A stretch of DNA of 64,000 nt from NCBI GenBank assembly GCA_049322575.1, contig JBMORQ010000027.1, forward strand, positions 87,081-151,080, in the 5' to 3' direction. Positions 30,275 through 40,460 of the stretch are shown here, in pieces. The first letter of the stretch is position 1, and each line of letters starts with the position of its first letter. The notes beneath the pieces are model-generated. The model made no database searches and was not told the origin of the DNA. It was given only the letters and a program-made list of their open reading frames with translations. This DNA comes from Patescibacteria group bacterium (lineage in GTDB: Bacteria > Patescibacteriota > Microgenomatia > UBA1400 > PJMF01). A program made the position numbers and the translations under genes.

Positions 30275-31561
30275 ATGTCAAACTCTTCAACCACTCACAC
30301 AGCCATTCATCCAAGCAATCATTCCAACCCCGTTGCCGAATCGACCCAACCAATCACAAAGCATCACCTTGATACCAACCCCCAGATCATTAGCCAAGTC
30401 TTAACTCGTGGTGTAACCGAGGTTTTACCAGACAAAGAAAACTTAGCCAAACTCATGACTCAGCGTCCAATCAAGCTCTATCTAGGTATTGATCCAACAG
30501 GCTCAACATTACACCTTGGCCACGCTGTGGTTCTGCGTAAGCTTCAGCAGTTTGCTGATCTAGGCCATCACGTCATCCTCTTGATTGGCAGTGGCACGGT
30601 CAAGATTGGTGATCCGACTGGTCGCGATGCCAGCCGTCCCATGTTAACAGACGAACAAATCGAGACAAATTTTCAATCATGGCAAACTCAAGCCAGCAAG
30701 ATCATTGATTTTAGTAAGATCGAGATCTTGCGCAACGGTGACTGGTTAGACAAGCTTACCTTCCCCGAAATGGTTAAGCTCCTGGCTAAAACTACCATTC
30801 AGCAGCTCATGGAGCGTGACATGTTTCAAGAGCGTCTCAAGAATAATCTGCCAATTCACGGCCACGAATTAATTTATCCACTCATTCAAGGCTATGACTC
30901 TGTGGTGATGAACGTTGATCTGGAAATCGGTGGCAATGACCAAACTTTCAACATGATGATGGGTCGTAACTTGCAGAAAATTTACAACAACCATGAAAAA
31001 TGGGTTTTAACCACACCTCTCATAAATGGTACCGATGGTCGGAAGATGAGCAAAAGTTTCAATAATTTTGTCGGTTTGACCGAAAGTCCTAAGGACATTT
31101 ACGGCAAACTAATGCGCCTGGCTGACGAAATGATAGTTGAGTACTTCTCAATTCTAACCGATGTTCCCAACTTAGAAATTGAAGCCATGGAAACAGCGAT
31201 GAAAAGCGGCGCAAACCCAATGGAATTCAAAAAGAAGCTTGCTTTTACCATCACAGAGTGGCTATGTGGCACAGAACAAGCAGAGCAAGCCGAAGCAATG
31301 TTTGCTCAAACCTTCCAACAAAGACAAATCCCCATTGAGATACCCAAAATCCAAGTTGGAACAACTGAAGTCGTTTTCCAATTAGTCAAAAAATGTTTGG
31401 TTAACGAAAGTTCAAGCAACGTCCACCGGTTAATCGATCAAGGAGCTGTTCAACTATTACCTCAAGAACAAAAATTGACTGACCCTAACCAAATCATTAC
31501 TATCAAAAACCACCAGGTTGTTAAAATTGGCAAGAGAAACTTTTTTGAACTAATTCCATAG
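30275..31561 (+). CDS. tyrS: Tyrosine--tRNA ligase
   Basis: GIDPT...HLGH, YPLIQGYD, GGNDQ, KMSKS, C-terminal S4-like domain. Confidence 0.97.
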   Translation: MSNSSTTHTAIHPSNHSNPVAESTQPITKHHLDTNPQIISQVLTRGVTEVLPDKENLAKLMTQRPIKLYLGIDPTGSTLHLGHAVVLRKLQQFADLGHHVILLIGSGTVKIGDPTGRDASRPMLTDEQIETNFQSWQTQASKIIDFSKIEILRNGDWLDKLTFPEMVKLLAKTTIQQLMERDMFQERLKNNLPIHGHELIYPLIQGYDSVVMNVDLEIGGNDQTFNMMMGRNLQKIYNNHEKWVLTTPLINGTDGRKMSKSFNNFVGLTESPKDIYGKLMRLADEMIVEYFSILTDVPNLEIEAMETAMKSGANPMEFKKKLAFTITEWLCGTEQAEQAEAMFAQTFQQRQIPIEIPKIQVGTTEVVFQLVKKCLVNESSSNVHRLIDQGAVQLLPQEQKLTDPNQIITIKNHQVVKIGKRNFFELIP

Positions 31562-31568
31562 GAGAAAT

Positions 31569-31664
31569 ATGACTAAGCGTCAACGCCAAATCGTGATTAA
31601 AGTTTTCGCTATAACTGCCATTCTTGGTATGGTTTTGGGCAGCATCATGAGTATATTCTTGTGA
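31569..31664 (+). CDS. 31-aa single-TM microprotein (DUF4044/Prli42-like pattern)
   Basis: SD GGAG; MTKRQRQIVIKVFAITAILGMVLGSIMSIFL; fills the tyrS-recG gap. Confidence 0.65.
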   Translation: MTKRQRQIVIKVFAITAILGMVLGSIMSIFL

Positions 31665-31695
31665 TCATAAAAATTACAAAGCATCAGCAGCAGAA

Positions 31696-33756
31696 ATGTA
31701 TCAATTTAATGACCCATTAATTAAGGTGAGGGGAATTGGCGCCAGTCTTGGTCAACAATTTGCTAACAATGGTCTCAATGATGTTAAGGATCTGCTTGGT
31801 TATCTTCCCATACGTTATGAGGACCTTTCCCAGCTTAAAAAAATTGCTCAACTAGAAACAAATCAGGCTGCAACCCTCACCGCTAAGGTCGTTTCTTCGA
31901 GTCTGCAGTACAAGGGTCGCAATTCCATTTTGCGAGCAAAAATTGCTGATGAATCAGGCCAACTCAGCTGCATCTGGTTTAACAACCCCCATCTAAAAGA
32001 CAAATTAGTAACAGGAAAGGAGCTACATTTTTCTGGCAAACTCAATGACAGGGGCTTTTTTGCTCAACCCAGGGTAGAGGAATGTGGTGGTCAAACCATC
32101 CACACTGGTCGACTCGTCCCCATCTATTCCACCAGGCTTGGCATACTTCAAGGCAAACTAAGACGTATCTTAAAAGAAATCATCGACAATCTTGAGGAAA
32201 GTCCTGATAGCAAACAAGAACCAATCAGTCAATTTACTGGCTTTCCACCAATTACCTGGAGTCTTCAACAGCTGCATTTTCCAGATTCGGTTGACAATAT
32301 TGAAAGGTCTCAACGTCGCTTAGCATTGGACGAGCTACTCTCGCTGATCACTAAGTCAAGGAAGATAAAAAACAGTTGGGATAAACTGCATCGGTCAAAA
32401 GCTATTTTAACTCAAGATATTCCAAATGATCTGCCCTTTGAACTAACCAGCGCTCAAAAAAAAGCAATTAGCCAGATTGAGGCCGACCTCAAACAAACAA
32501 CAGCCATGAATCGATTGTTAATTGGCGATGTCGGCTCAGGCAAGACGATTGTCGCTGGGATAGCCGCCAACGACGTGATCAAAAGTGGTGGCAACGTAGT
32601 TCTGATAGCCCCAACTCAAATCCTAGCCGAACAACATCAACAATCGCTGATGAATATTTTTCCTGATTTATCAATCAAATTACTGACAGCACAAAATTCA
32701 AAAAAATTTGCTCTTGAGAGTAAGGCTTGTTTCTACATCGGTACGCACGCACTACTCAACAAATTAACCAGCATCGAACCATGGCTGGTGATTTTTGACG
32801 AACAACACCGATTTGGCGTGATGCAGCGCTCAGTTGAAGAACCAAAACCTGAGGCAAACGCCAGTCAGCTTAGCTCAACATTAGCACTAGCAGACAACAA
32901 AAATCCATCATCATTTTCTCCTCATCTTCTGACTATGACCGCCACCCCCATACCCCGCAGCCTAATGTTAACCGTCTTCTCCCATCTTAAACTGAGTACA
33001 CTCGACGAACTACCGGTAGGACGAATTCCAGCAAAAACTTGGGTGGTACCAAATAAGAAACGAGATAATGCTTGGAAATGGCTAGCCCAAGAACTAATAA
33101 ATAGGAAACAACAGGGCATCGTGGTCTGTCCGTTTATCGACCCTTCATTTAAAGAATCGCTTGAGAATGTCGCTGCGGCTAGTGACATTTTCGAACAAAT
33201 AAAGTCACAGTTGTCTTTAATCCAGCCAAAATTGCGCCTTGCTCTGTTACACAGCAAACTACCAAACAAGAGTAAAGACAAAATCGTTACTGATCTGTTT
33301 GCACAAAAGATTGACCTGCTGATTACTACTCCGATTGTCGAGGTTGGTGTTGATCTGCCCAAAGCCAGCTTTATGGTAATAGAGTCAGCCGAGCGTTTTG
33401 GTATGGCCAGTTTACATCAATTGAGAGGGCGAGTCGGCCGAGCAGGACAAGAGAGTTTTTGTTTACTCTTTACTAATTCTTCCTCCAAAGAAACCCTTGC
33501 GCGGTTGAAGCTTTTTAGTGAAGAGACCAATGGTCAAAAACTGGCTGAGTACGACTTAAAGAACCGCGGAGCGGGAGATCTTTTTGGCACTGACCAGCAT
33601 GGCTTCGACAGCTTAAGATTTGCCAGCTGGACAGATTTTGAATTAATCAAAACTGCTCGTGATTTACATCAGCAAATTGAGGAAGAAAAAATTACTTGGC
33701 AACCATTTTTTGGTACCATAGAAACTACTGAGGAAAAAGCTGTCGCAGCCAATTAG
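31696..33756 (+). CDS. recG: ATP-dependent DNA helicase RecG
   Basis: MNRLLIGDVGSGKT, DEQHRFG, TATPIPR, LHQLRGRVGR, RGAGD. Confidence 0.96.
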   Translation: MYQFNDPLIKVRGIGASLGQQFANNGLNDVKDLLGYLPIRYEDLSQLKKIAQLETNQAATLTAKVVSSSLQYKGRNSILRAKIADESGQLSCIWFNNPHLKDKLVTGKELHFSGKLNDRGFFAQPRVEECGGQTIHTGRLVPIYSTRLGILQGKLRRILKEIIDNLEESPDSKQEPISQFTGFPPITWSLQQLHFPDSVDNIERSQRRLALDELLSLITKSRKIKNSWDKLHRSKAILTQDIPNDLPFELTSAQKKAISQIEADLKQTTAMNRLLIGDVGSGKTIVAGIAANDVIKSGGNVVLIAPTQILAEQHQQSLMNIFPDLSIKLLTAQNSKKFALESKACFYIGTHALLNKLTSIEPWLVIFDEQHRFGVMQRSVEEPKPEANASQLSSTLALADNKNPSSFSPHLLTMTATPIPRSLMLTVFSHLKLSTLDELPVGRIPAKTWVVPNKKRDNAWKWLAQELINRKQQGIVVCPFIDPSFKESLENVAAASDIFEQIKSQLSLIQPKLRLALLHSKLPNKSKDKIVTDLFAQKIDLLITTPIVEVGVDLPKASFMVIESAERFGMASLHQLRGRVGRAGQESFCLLFTNSSSKETLARLKLFSEETNGQKLAEYDLKNRGAGDLFGTDQHGFDSLRFASWTDFELIKTARDLHQQIEEEKITWQPFFGTIETTEEKAVAAN

Positions 33757-33804
33757 AAAAGACTTACTGATGAAATTTTAATTACCAAAAAAAAACTATT
33801 TGCC

Positions 33805-35244
33805 ATGATTAAAACCTACAAACAAGCAGAAAAATATCTAGAGAAATTCATCCCTTTCATCGTCAATCATAAAATTAACGAATCAAGCAAAGATGCTAAT
33901 TATTTACTTGAACGTATGAGATATCTGCTAAACTTGCTCGACAACCCTCAAAAAAAATTCCCTTCAGTCATCGTAAGTGGCACTTCCGGAAAAGGCTCAA
34001 CTAGCTACTTGATAGCTCAGATGTTGGCCACGGCTGGATACCGCACCGGACTAACAATTTCACCTCATCTACAAAAAGCTACCGAGAGAATCCAGATCAA
34101 CCAACAGTCGTCCAAACTATCACCAATTTCAGACGATGATTTTCTTGATCTTCTAAATCTGGTCGCTCCGGTGATAAAAAACATGGAAAAATCAATGTAT
34201 GGACCTCCTTCTTACTTTGAACTTCTCATGGCCCTGGCCTTGGAAACCTTTGCGCTTCGAAAAGTCGATATTGCTGTGGTTGAGGTTGGCATCGAGGGCA
34301 AGTATGATGCTACCAATATCATTGATCCCCTTATCTTCACTCTAACAAATATTTCCTTAGACCACACAGCAATTTTGGGTGAAACCGAAGAAGAAATTGC
34401 CGATGAAGCAACTTTTCGGCTTAACTACATAGATCAAAACACAAAAATGGTCACAACTGTGATATCTGGAGTCAAAAAGCCCACCGTGATAAAAATTCTT
34501 GATGAACGGTCAAAGAAACTTGGTATGCCCTTAAAATTACTGGGAAAAGATTATTCTTATGAGATTGAAAACAGCCAGTCCTTCCAGGGAGTGCGATTTT
34601 ACTTCAATTCTCTCAAAGACCGATTGATTGAAAATCGAGAAGTTTTTAGCCTAGCGTTGAAGGGCGAGTTCCAGGCGGAAAATGCCACTAACGCCATCGC
34701 AACTGTCAGGCAACTTGCAGACTATGGTTTTAGGGTAACCAACAAAGACATTAATCAAACCCTTCTGACTACAAAAATCCCAGGAAGATTTGAGTTAACG
34801 CCCTTATCTGTTTCAGGTTCGCCACTTGACCTAATCATGGATGGCGCTCATAACCCAGCTAAAATGCATGCTTTTTTACATTCACTTGGGAAAAACTATC
34901 CAAATCACCGCAAGATTTTTGTCGTAGCCTTCAAAAAAGGCAAGGACGCAGCCGATATGATCAGACAGTTATGCTCGGTGGCGGACGAAATCATTTTTAC
35001 CCAGTTCGTCTCTGCCATGGACTGGGGCAGAAATATGTCGATGACGCTGGCAGAAATCAAAAACCAGGTTGCTGCAGTCGATCACAAAGAGATCAAGATC
35101 AGTTATCGCCTCAACGTTAAGAAGGCATTCTCGTTCGCTACCCAAGCCGCCGAAAAAAGACAGGAGGCAAACCGCCCGAGCATAATCATTGCCACCGGTT
35201 CCTTGTATCTGGTAGGAGAAGTTAGAGAATACTTAAATTTGTGA
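33805..35244 (+). CDS. folC: Folylpolyglutamate/dihydrofolate synthase
   Basis: GTSGKGST, SPHL, EVGIEGKYDATN, PGRFE, DGAHNP, GSLYLVGE. Confidence 0.92.
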   Translation: MIKTYKQAEKYLEKFIPFIVNHKINESSKDANYLLERMRYLLNLLDNPQKKFPSVIVSGTSGKGSTSYLIAQMLATAGYRTGLTISPHLQKATERIQINQQSSKLSPISDDDFLDLLNLVAPVIKNMEKSMYGPPSYFELLMALALETFALRKVDIAVVEVGIEGKYDATNIIDPLIFTLTNISLDHTAILGETEEEIADEATFRLNYIDQNTKMVTTVISGVKKPTVIKILDERSKKLGMPLKLLGKDYSYEIENSQSFQGVRFYFNSLKDRLIENREVFSLALKGEFQAENATNAIATVRQLADYGFRVTNKDINQTLLTTKIPGRFELTPLSVSGSPLDLIMDGAHNPAKMHAFLHSLGKNYPNHRKIFVVAFKKGKDAADMIRQLCSVADEIIFTQFVSAMDWGRNMSMTLAEIKNQVAAVDHKEIKISYRLNVKKAFSFATQAAEKRQEANRPSIIIATGSLYLVGEVREYLNL

Positions 35245-36122
35245 AGCCAAAGATACCGGAGTCACAAATAAAAATACATTCCAACCTTGCTCAACGCCAC
35301 AGAAAGCTCTATTATTATTTCGTGCACAAAAAACATGCCCAATCTGGACAAATTGGTTTGGTTGTCTTGCTGGTGATGGTCGTTATCTTGACAGTGGGCT
35401 TGTCAATGGCTTCCAGAACAACCCAACAGGCTGAGACTTCCATCCAGCAAGAAACTGCCACCAGAGTCTTTAATGCTGCTGAGTACGGCATAGAAGAAGC
35501 CCTATCTCGCATCTATGAAGCCGAAGAAGCTGGACAAACCGTCAACGACTCGACTTTCAATTTATCGTTGGAAAATAGTCTCTCTAACATTGCCGCAACA
35601 ATTGACTCCGACTCAGAACTTGAAATTCATCTAGAGGAAGGAGCAACATCGGAGATCAACCTCTCGGGAAACGCTGGTAGCTTGACAATCTACTGGTCAC
35701 GATCTGGAACAACCGGTTGTACCTTGCTCAGCAATACAGCAGCCCTACTTTTGTCAGTTTATTCAGACAATTCAGGAACTATTACCGCCCAGCATTATGC
35801 AGTTGACGGTTGCAACACTGCTCGAGGAAACAGCTTCCAGAATCCGGTCGGTTCAGCCTCGTTAGCTAACTATGTTTTTAGCCATCGACTAGACCTCGCA
35901 GCCAATAGCGTTCAACTGAGAATCAGACCTCTTTACGCTGGAACAGATATTGTTGTCCAAGGAATACCAATTTCAAGAGCTCAATACAATATTGTCTCCC
36001 GTGCTCAAAGTAGCCAAGGAGATAACGAGACTAAAGCTATTGAAGTCAGGAGAACATTACCCTCCGCGCCTTCGTTTATGGACTATGCCTTAGTCAGCGG
36101 AACCAGTATAAGTAAGGAATAA
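35241..36122 (+). CDS. PilX-like minor pilin
   Basis: SG|QIGLVVLLVM prepilin-like site without E5; FNAAEYGIEEAL; true start may be about 35322. Confidence 0.8.
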   Translation: MKPKIPESQIKIHSNLAQRHRKLYYYFVHKKHAQSGQIGLVVLLVMVVILTVGLSMASRTTQQAETSIQQETATRVFNAAEYGIEEALSRIYEAEEAGQTVNDSTFNLSLENSLSNIAATIDSDSELEIHLEEGATSEINLSGNAGSLTIYWSRSGTTGCTLLSNTAALLLSVYSDNSGTITAQHYAVDGCNTARGNSFQNPVGSASLANYVFSHRLDLAANSVQLRIRPLYAGTDIVVQGIPISRAQYNIVSRAQSSQGDNETKAIEVRRTLPSAPSFMDYALVSGTSISKE

Positions 36123-36138
36123 ACAAGAAAAAACCACT

Positions 36139-37146
36139 ATGCCTGCCCTAGCCATCGACATCGGTACTTACAGTGTAAAAGCAGTTGCTGGTAAACCTGG
36201 CAAGAATCCCATAATCTCTCGATCGATTGAGTCCTTCAATAAGCTAGGTATTGCCGTGCCAACCGATGATGCTCACATGGAATCGATGATCGAGATGATT
36301 GGCAATATGGTTAGTGATAATAAACTAGTTTTAAACGATGTGCGACTGAGTCTACCAGAAAGCGTTGTCTCGACTAAACTCATCTCGATTCCCAACTTAT
36401 CAGACGCTGAACTTGCCTCAGCTATTGACTGGCAAGCAGAACAACACATCCCAATTCCTAAAGAGGAACTGGCTCTGGAATATAAGGTCATTTTCCGCCC
36501 AGCCAGACAGGATAAACAAACACCAATGCGTGTGTTGCTAGTTGGTACCAGAAAAACCGTGGTTGAAAGATACACTGAGTTGTTCATCAACCTTGGCGTA
36601 GAACCAACAATTTTAGAAACTCAGACACTCTCTTTACTACGCAACCTGCAAATGACCCCGGAAGAACCCACCACCTTGGTTGCTCACCTTGGAGCTTCCA
36701 CCATGAACATGGCAATTTTCCATCAAGGAGAACTACAATTTGTCTCAACCTACCCAGCCGGTGGTCACCTCTTGACTAAGGCACTGCAACAAATTATCGG
36801 TCTCGATATCGAACAAGCTGAAGAATACAAACGCAGCTACGGTTTAAATCCAGACCAATTCGAGGGCAAGGTCAGAAATGCATTGTTACCAACAACCCAA
36901 AGTTTTATTGGCGAGATGCAAAAAGCGACCAACTATTTTTCCACACAAAGACCAAAAGAAGCAGTGCGGAGAATTGTAATGTCTGGTGGTACTTCCCAAT
37001 TACCCGGCCTTGTCGAGCACGTAGCTTCAACATTTGGCCTAGAGGTGCTCCTGGCAGCCCCGTTTGCCTCAGCTAAAGGAGAAGTGCCAACTAGTAATCA
37101 GCAAGCCATGGCCGTCTGCATGGGCTTGATAATGAGAGAGAACTAG
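36139..37146 (+). CDS. pilM: Type IV pilus assembly protein PilM
   Basis: LAIDIGTYSVK, EQHIPIP, MSGGTSQLPGL actin-like motifs. Confidence 0.93.
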   Translation: MPALAIDIGTYSVKAVAGKPGKNPIISRSIESFNKLGIAVPTDDAHMESMIEMIGNMVSDNKLVLNDVRLSLPESVVSTKLISIPNLSDAELASAIDWQAEQHIPIPKEELALEYKVIFRPARQDKQTPMRVLLVGTRKTVVERYTELFINLGVEPTILETQTLSLLRNLQMTPEEPTTLVAHLGASTMNMAIFHQGELQFVSTYPAGGHLLTKALQQIIGLDIEQAEEYKRSYGLNPDQFEGKVRNALLPTTQSFIGEMQKATNYFSTQRPKEAVRRIVMSGGTSQLPGLVEHVASTFGLEVLLAAPFASAKGEVPTSNQQAMAVCMGLIMREN

Positions 37147-37197
37147 GCGCCACCGCAGACCATAGACACAGCCAACATTGGTTTACAGAACATCAAT

Positions 37198-37782
37198 ATG
37201 CAAGAGATTAACTTCGTCAGCAAACGCCGACGAGCCTTAACCAAGATCGAAAAGAAAGACCATAAGCTCAATGATATTGCCATGGTCTTTTTCTCGATCT
37301 GTTTGGGCATCTTCATCGTCCTGATGGTGATTAGAGCTTTCTTTGCCTTTCAGTTGAACAAAACAGCCCAAAAACAGAAAGAAATCCGTCAAACCATCGC
37401 TCAAGGCGAGGATGTTGAAGTGGCTTTCTTAATTTTCGCCAACAAGCTCAAGGCAATTGAGGAAATTTTCAGCAATAGGAGCGACAAGCAGAGAGCAATC
37501 GATTTTTTCTCTACTTTGTTCGGTTCTGATGTATTCATCGGAGCTATGAACTTCAAAGAAGGCGCCGAGGTACTTTCATTGCAATACAATAGTAAGAATA
37601 TTTTTAGTCTAGAGGAGATTTTTACTATACTCGAATCGGAACAAGTACAAAATACTTTTTCCTCAGTAAATAAGAGCAACTTGTCGAGAAAAGATGATGG
37701 CGAGTACTCGTTCACAATCACTGTGGCGCTCAAGAAGGAGGGTCAACCGCTGGCCACCTCAAGCGCCCTGATAAAAAAGTAA
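37198..37782 (+). CDS. PilN-like protein
   Basis: N-terminal EINFV PilM-binding motif, TM helix, coiled coil; follows pilM. Confidence 0.75.
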   Translation: MQEINFVSKRRRALTKIEKKDHKLNDIAMVFFSICLGIFIVLMVIRAFFAFQLNKTAQKQKEIRQTIAQGEDVEVAFLIFANKLKAIEEIFSNRSDKQRAIDFFSTLFGSDVFIGAMNFKEGAEVLSLQYNSKNIFSLEEIFTILESEQVQNTFSSVNKSNLSRKDDGEYSFTITVALKKEGQPLATSSALIKK

Positions 37783-37784
37783 AG

Positions 37785-38558
37785 ATGTTTGTAAAAGAGA
37801 AAAAATTTAACTGGCGTTTGTTTATCACCACGAGAAAAAGTTTCTTGATGGCAATGGCTTTTTTTGCTAGCGGGGCTGCGATTCTATTTTTTGCGGCTTA
37901 TCCCCAAATTGGCGAGATAACTGCAAATTATCGCAAGCTACAGAAAGAAAACAGCTATTTGGACAAACTCACCAAGAAGGCGGTTGAACTTGAACAAGTT
38001 AAAACTATGCCAGAGTTCATGCAAGCGGAAAAAGTCAGCGAAGTCTTGCCGTCTCATAAACCCTTACTCGAAGTTTTAACGCAACTTAACCAAGCAGCTC
38101 AGACCAATCAAGTTATCATCTCTGAGCTTAAGGTTTCTCCAGGGGAAATTGCTACCGACAGCACTCAAATAGACAACAAAAGCAAATCAGGCAAAACATA
38201 TAACATCTTAGATCTCGAGCTGGTTGCGGTCGGTCAACTCGAGAACGTCGAGAAATTCATGTCAACAATCGAGAAATTTTCTCCCATTACGACCATCACT
38301 GACCTCTCACTCTCGAGATCAATTATTGCACGTTCTGGTGCGGTCCAAACCAAGGCCGAACTTAAAATTAGTTCGCATTTCTTCACTCAATCAATCTCAA
38401 CTACAATTGAAAACCCTTTACCCAAGATAGGCCAAAAAGAAGGTGAGACCTTTCTTAAGATCCAGGAATATACTCCGCCTGAAATTGAAAAACAGACCGA
38501 AATTATGGGTGGAGAAGAGGGCTTCTTTGACGTGGGCAAAATTGAGGTTGACAACTAA
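37785..38558 (+). CDS. PilO-like protein
   Basis: TM, coiled coil, LP motif, ferredoxin-like C-terminal pattern; follows pilN. Confidence 0.75.
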   Translation: MFVKEKKFNWRLFITTRKSFLMAMAFFASGAAILFFAAYPQIGEITANYRKLQKENSYLDKLTKKAVELEQVKTMPEFMQAEKVSEVLPSHKPLLEVLTQLNQAAQTNQVIISELKVSPGEIATDSTQIDNKSKSGKTYNILDLELVAVGQLENVEKFMSTIEKFSPITTITDLSLSRSIIARSGAVQTKAELKISSHFFTQSISTTIENPLPKIGQKEGETFLKIQEYTPPEIEKQTEIMGGEEGFFDVGKIEVDN

Positions 38559-38713
38559 CTCATATCGCGCAAGGTTAAATTTTCCCGTGAAAATTAGATT
38601 TTCAACAAACTGGGTTTTTAGCCAAGTAGCAACATGACAGTTTTAGCGTGAAAACAACCGTAATGTACTAAAAAGCAGTTTTGTAATAAAAATGTGATTT
38701 CGCTACAAGTCTA
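38556..38713 (+). mobile_element. MITE-like repeat copy D (~158 bp)
   Basis: Right end GTACTAAAAAGCAGTTTTGTAATAAAAATGTGATTTCGCTACAAGTCTA; degenerate left end at the pilO stop codon. Confidence 0.72.
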
Positions 38714-38728
38714 ATAGAGACTACAAAC

Positions 38729-38959
38729 TTATTCTTCCACAACCAAACGACCCCTAATGCCATCCTTGATCATCTTGACCTGAATGATCTTTCTTAGGGC
38801 CTTGATGACTCTACCACCACGACCAATCACGCGACCCATATCCTCAGGATTAACCTTGACTGAATAGGTATGACCTTCCTCATCTTGAGTTTCGGTCACC
38901 ACTACATCTTCAGGGTGGGAGACTAAATGAACCAGCAGGAATTCGATTAAAGTTTTCAT
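38729..38959 (-). CDS. khpA: KH-domain RNA-binding protein KhpA
   Basis: DMGRVIGRGGRVIKALR; downstream of rpsP. Confidence 0.93.
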   Translation of the reverse strand: MKTLIEFLLVHLVSHPEDVVVTETQDEEGHTYSVKVNPEDMGRVIGRGGRVIKALRKIIQVKMIKDGIRGRLVVEE

Positions 38960-38960
38960 T

Positions 38961-39395
38961 TTACTCTTGAGAGGTTTCAGTAGCTTCTGATTTAGTTTCA
39001 GCTTCGGCTGTCACAGCTGGAGCTTCGGCTTCGGCGGTGGATGATTCTGCGGCTGGCTCGGCAGCGGCCTGTTTCTCTTCAGCCTCAGCTTGCTTGGCGG
39101 CTTCTAATTTGGCCTTAGCCTTTTTAGAAAGCTTAGCCTTTTTGGCGGCAAATGGCTTACCGGATTTATATCTCTCAGCCAAAGAGGCGACTGTCTCGGT
39201 GGGAACGGCACCCTTCTTCACCCAAGCGTCGTACTCTTCCATCTTGAAGGTCAAGACCTTAGGCTGGCTTGTTGGACTATATCGACCAACTAAAGCAACA
39301 TACTTACCATCACGTTTGTCTTTGGCCTCATTAACCACGATACGATACTCGGGTTGATGAGTTTTGCCATAGCGAGCTAATTTGATTTTCAACAT
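38961..39395 (-). CDS. rpsP: 30S ribosomal protein S16 with A/E/K-rich tail
   Basis: MLKIKLARYG...YRIVV...RDGKY...G.Y.P...GAVPTETV. Confidence 0.96.
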   Translation of the reverse strand: MLKIKLARYGKTHQPEYRIVVNEAKDKRDGKYVALVGRYSPTSQPKVLTFKMEEYDAWVKKGAVPTETVASLAERYKSGKPFAAKKAKLSKKAKAKLEAAKQAEAEEKQAAAEPAAESSTAEAEAPAVTAEAETKSEATETSQE

Positions 39396-39403
39396 AGGCG
39401 TAG

Positions 39404-39432
39404 ATTGTAAACTGAAGTTTACTTTTTCTCAA
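39404..39432 (-). promoter_or_regulatory. sigma70 promoter giving a leaderless or near-leaderless rpsP mRNA
   Basis: TTGAGA-17 nt-TACAAT-8 nt-ATG. Confidence 0.7.
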
Positions 39433-39467
39433 GCGGAAAACTCAAAAAAAGATAAAGGCAAAAAAGG

Positions 39468-40136
39468 CTAATTTTCGTACTTTTCTAAAGCCTTGGCTGC
39501 TGCCACCTGCTGAGCTGCTTGTTTGCTTTTGCCTGTGCCCAGACCAGCCACCTGCCCATCGATTATGACTTCAACGGTGAACTCCTTCTCGTGATCGGGT
39601 CCAACCTCCTTAACTACGTTATAAGTTGGGGTTGTTAAACCCCGAGCCTGGACCTCTTCTTGTAACAAACTCTTGCTGTCCTTATAGAGGCGTTTTTGCT
39701 TGATCTCCTCAAATTTGGGAAAGAGATGCTGGTCGAGAAACACCTCAACTACGTCTAAACCCTGGTCAAGATAAATCGCCCCGATCACCGCCTCAAGCGC
39801 ATCGGCCAACAACCCCTCGTTTTCTCGGCCACCGGTGGCTTCTTCGCCATGACTCATAAAAAGCTTCTGACCCAGCCCCAAGTCTCGGGCCACCTCAGCC
39901 AAAGTTGTCGTCTTGACTAATGCACTGCGATAGGACGTCAAGACACCTTCTTGCTCACTGGGAAAAAGATGATAAAGATACTTTGTGGTTACTAACTCTA
40001 AGACTGCGTCACCCAAAAACTCCAGGCGCTCATTTGACTCGTGCGAGGTGGTACCAGAATCTGGTTCGTTAAGAGAACTACGATGAGATAGGGCAGTGTC
40101 GAGCAGCTTTGGGTTGTTAAAAGACGGCAGCATCAA
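39468..40136 (-). CDS. rnc: Ribonuclease III
   Basis: NERLEFLGDAVL, DALEAVIGAIYLD, dsRBD GPDHEKEF. Confidence 0.97.
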   Translation of the reverse strand: MMLPSFNNPKLLDTALSHRSSLNEPDSGTTSHESNERLEFLGDAVLELVTTKYLYHLFPSEQEGVLTSYRSALVKTTTLAEVARDLGLGQKLFMSHGEEATGGRENEGLLADALEAVIGAIYLDQGLDVVEVFLDQHLFPKFEEIKQKRLYKDSKSLLQEEVQARGLTTPTYNVVKEVGPDHEKEFTVEVIIDGQVAGLGTGKSKQAAQQVAAAKALEKYEN

Positions 40137-40405
40137 CCAAGTTCCAGTTCGTTATCAATTAATTTTGCCAACTCTATAACAGTCTCGCCGGCGTCGGTTA
40201 GTTCGTTTAGCGAGTCTTCGTAATCAAGTGAGACTGAAAATTCATCATCGATTTTGCGCAAAAGCCTAGAAAAGTCCTCATCGAGATTAAAACCCAAGTC
40301 CTCCTCCAGGTGGGAATCTAAGTGAATCTCTGAAGCATCGTTACCTGTCATCTCGGACAAGACTTCGCGCAAACGTTCAAATGACTTAGGAACTGGTTTA
40401 TTCAT
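40133..40405 (-). CDS. Acyl-carrier-protein-like protein lacking the DSL serine
   Basis: Acidic 90 aa with ACP helix pattern; LEEDLGFNLDE in place of DLGxDSLD; immediately upstream of rnc. Confidence 0.7.
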   Translation of the reverse strand: MNKPVPKSFERLREVLSEMTGNDASEIHLDSHLEEDLGFNLDEDFSRLLRKIDDEFSVSLDYEDSLNELTDAGETVIELAKLIDNELELG

Positions 40406-40460
40406 ATTTTTCCTGTATTCGTATTTACTAAGTTACAAAGATATAGATGTTATTTAGTGG

